DNA of 64,000 bases from Geosiphon pyriformis uo1 (taxonomy: Eukaryota; Fungi; Glomeromycota). The notes below the pieces were generated by a model. It saw nothing but the letters and a program-made list of their open reading frames with translations, made no database searches and was not told the origin of the DNA. The translations under genes and the position numbers were made by a program. The stretch spans positions 742,984-806,983 of the forward strand of contig JAAOMT010000200.1 in NCBI GenBank assembly GCA_016748015.1, in the 5' to 3' direction. Positions 63,562-64,000 of the stretch are shown one piece after another. How positions within the stretch are numbered: position 1 is the first letter of the stretch; every line of letters starts with the position of its first letter.

Positions 63562-64000
63562 TTACTTTTCAATAAATAGATTAAGATTTGGAACCATTAG
63601 CTATTCAAAAGAGTCATACGTATTTAGTTGCTGAAATATCATCATACGACATAAGCCTAACGTTGAATAGATTAGAAATAAGTTTTTATTTGAAGTTACT
63701 AAAGTAAGAAATTAGAAGAGATGGGAAAAGTTTCAAGACCTCAAATTCTAAATACTTAAACGGAAGGAAGAGCTGGAAAACAAATAATATTTACCTCTAG
63801 ATGTTTTCATAACTTAAAATGTCGTTTTAAATGTACCATCATTGTTTTTTGTGTATAACCCAATATCAATAAATTATGAATATGCGACGTGTTGATTAAC
63901 ATTGGAGAAGGAATTTTTAAGAAGCGATTCCATATTTTATGTTTCTTGAAAAATTGAACACTTGGAAATAATTATTTGTATAAAAAAAAAAAAAATTCTT

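Overview
Eukaryotic, very AT-rich fungal genomic DNA with short GT-AG introns. The gene and transposon families resemble Glomeromycota, most like Geosiphon pyriformis (from recollection, not a search). The left ~41.5 kb is mostly decayed transposons: a Ty3/Gypsy element with a dUTPase and an extra Cys-rich domain (cut by the window edge), a solo LTR of the same family nested in a LINE, three near full-length LINE copies at different decay stages, a TIR element carrying a spliced BAH-domain-like fragment, and near-pure-AT stretches that still contain LINE relics. The repeats show heavy C>T/G>A change in many dinucleotide contexts (RIP-like). Within this region lies an intact 1035-aa hAT-derived gene with duplicated BED modules and a broken DDE triad, probably domesticated. 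The right ~22 kb holds a DUF4238 pseudogene, a 4-exon hypothetical gene, a tyrosine-recombinase/protelomerase-like pseudogene, a TspO/DUF1774-like membrane protein gene, a GPCR-like pseudogene, two single-pass membrane ORFs, a P450 lacking the acid-alcohol pair, a lipase-3 relic, msrA, simple repeats and a perfect 38-bp palindrome. No rRNA, tRNA or CRISPR was seen.
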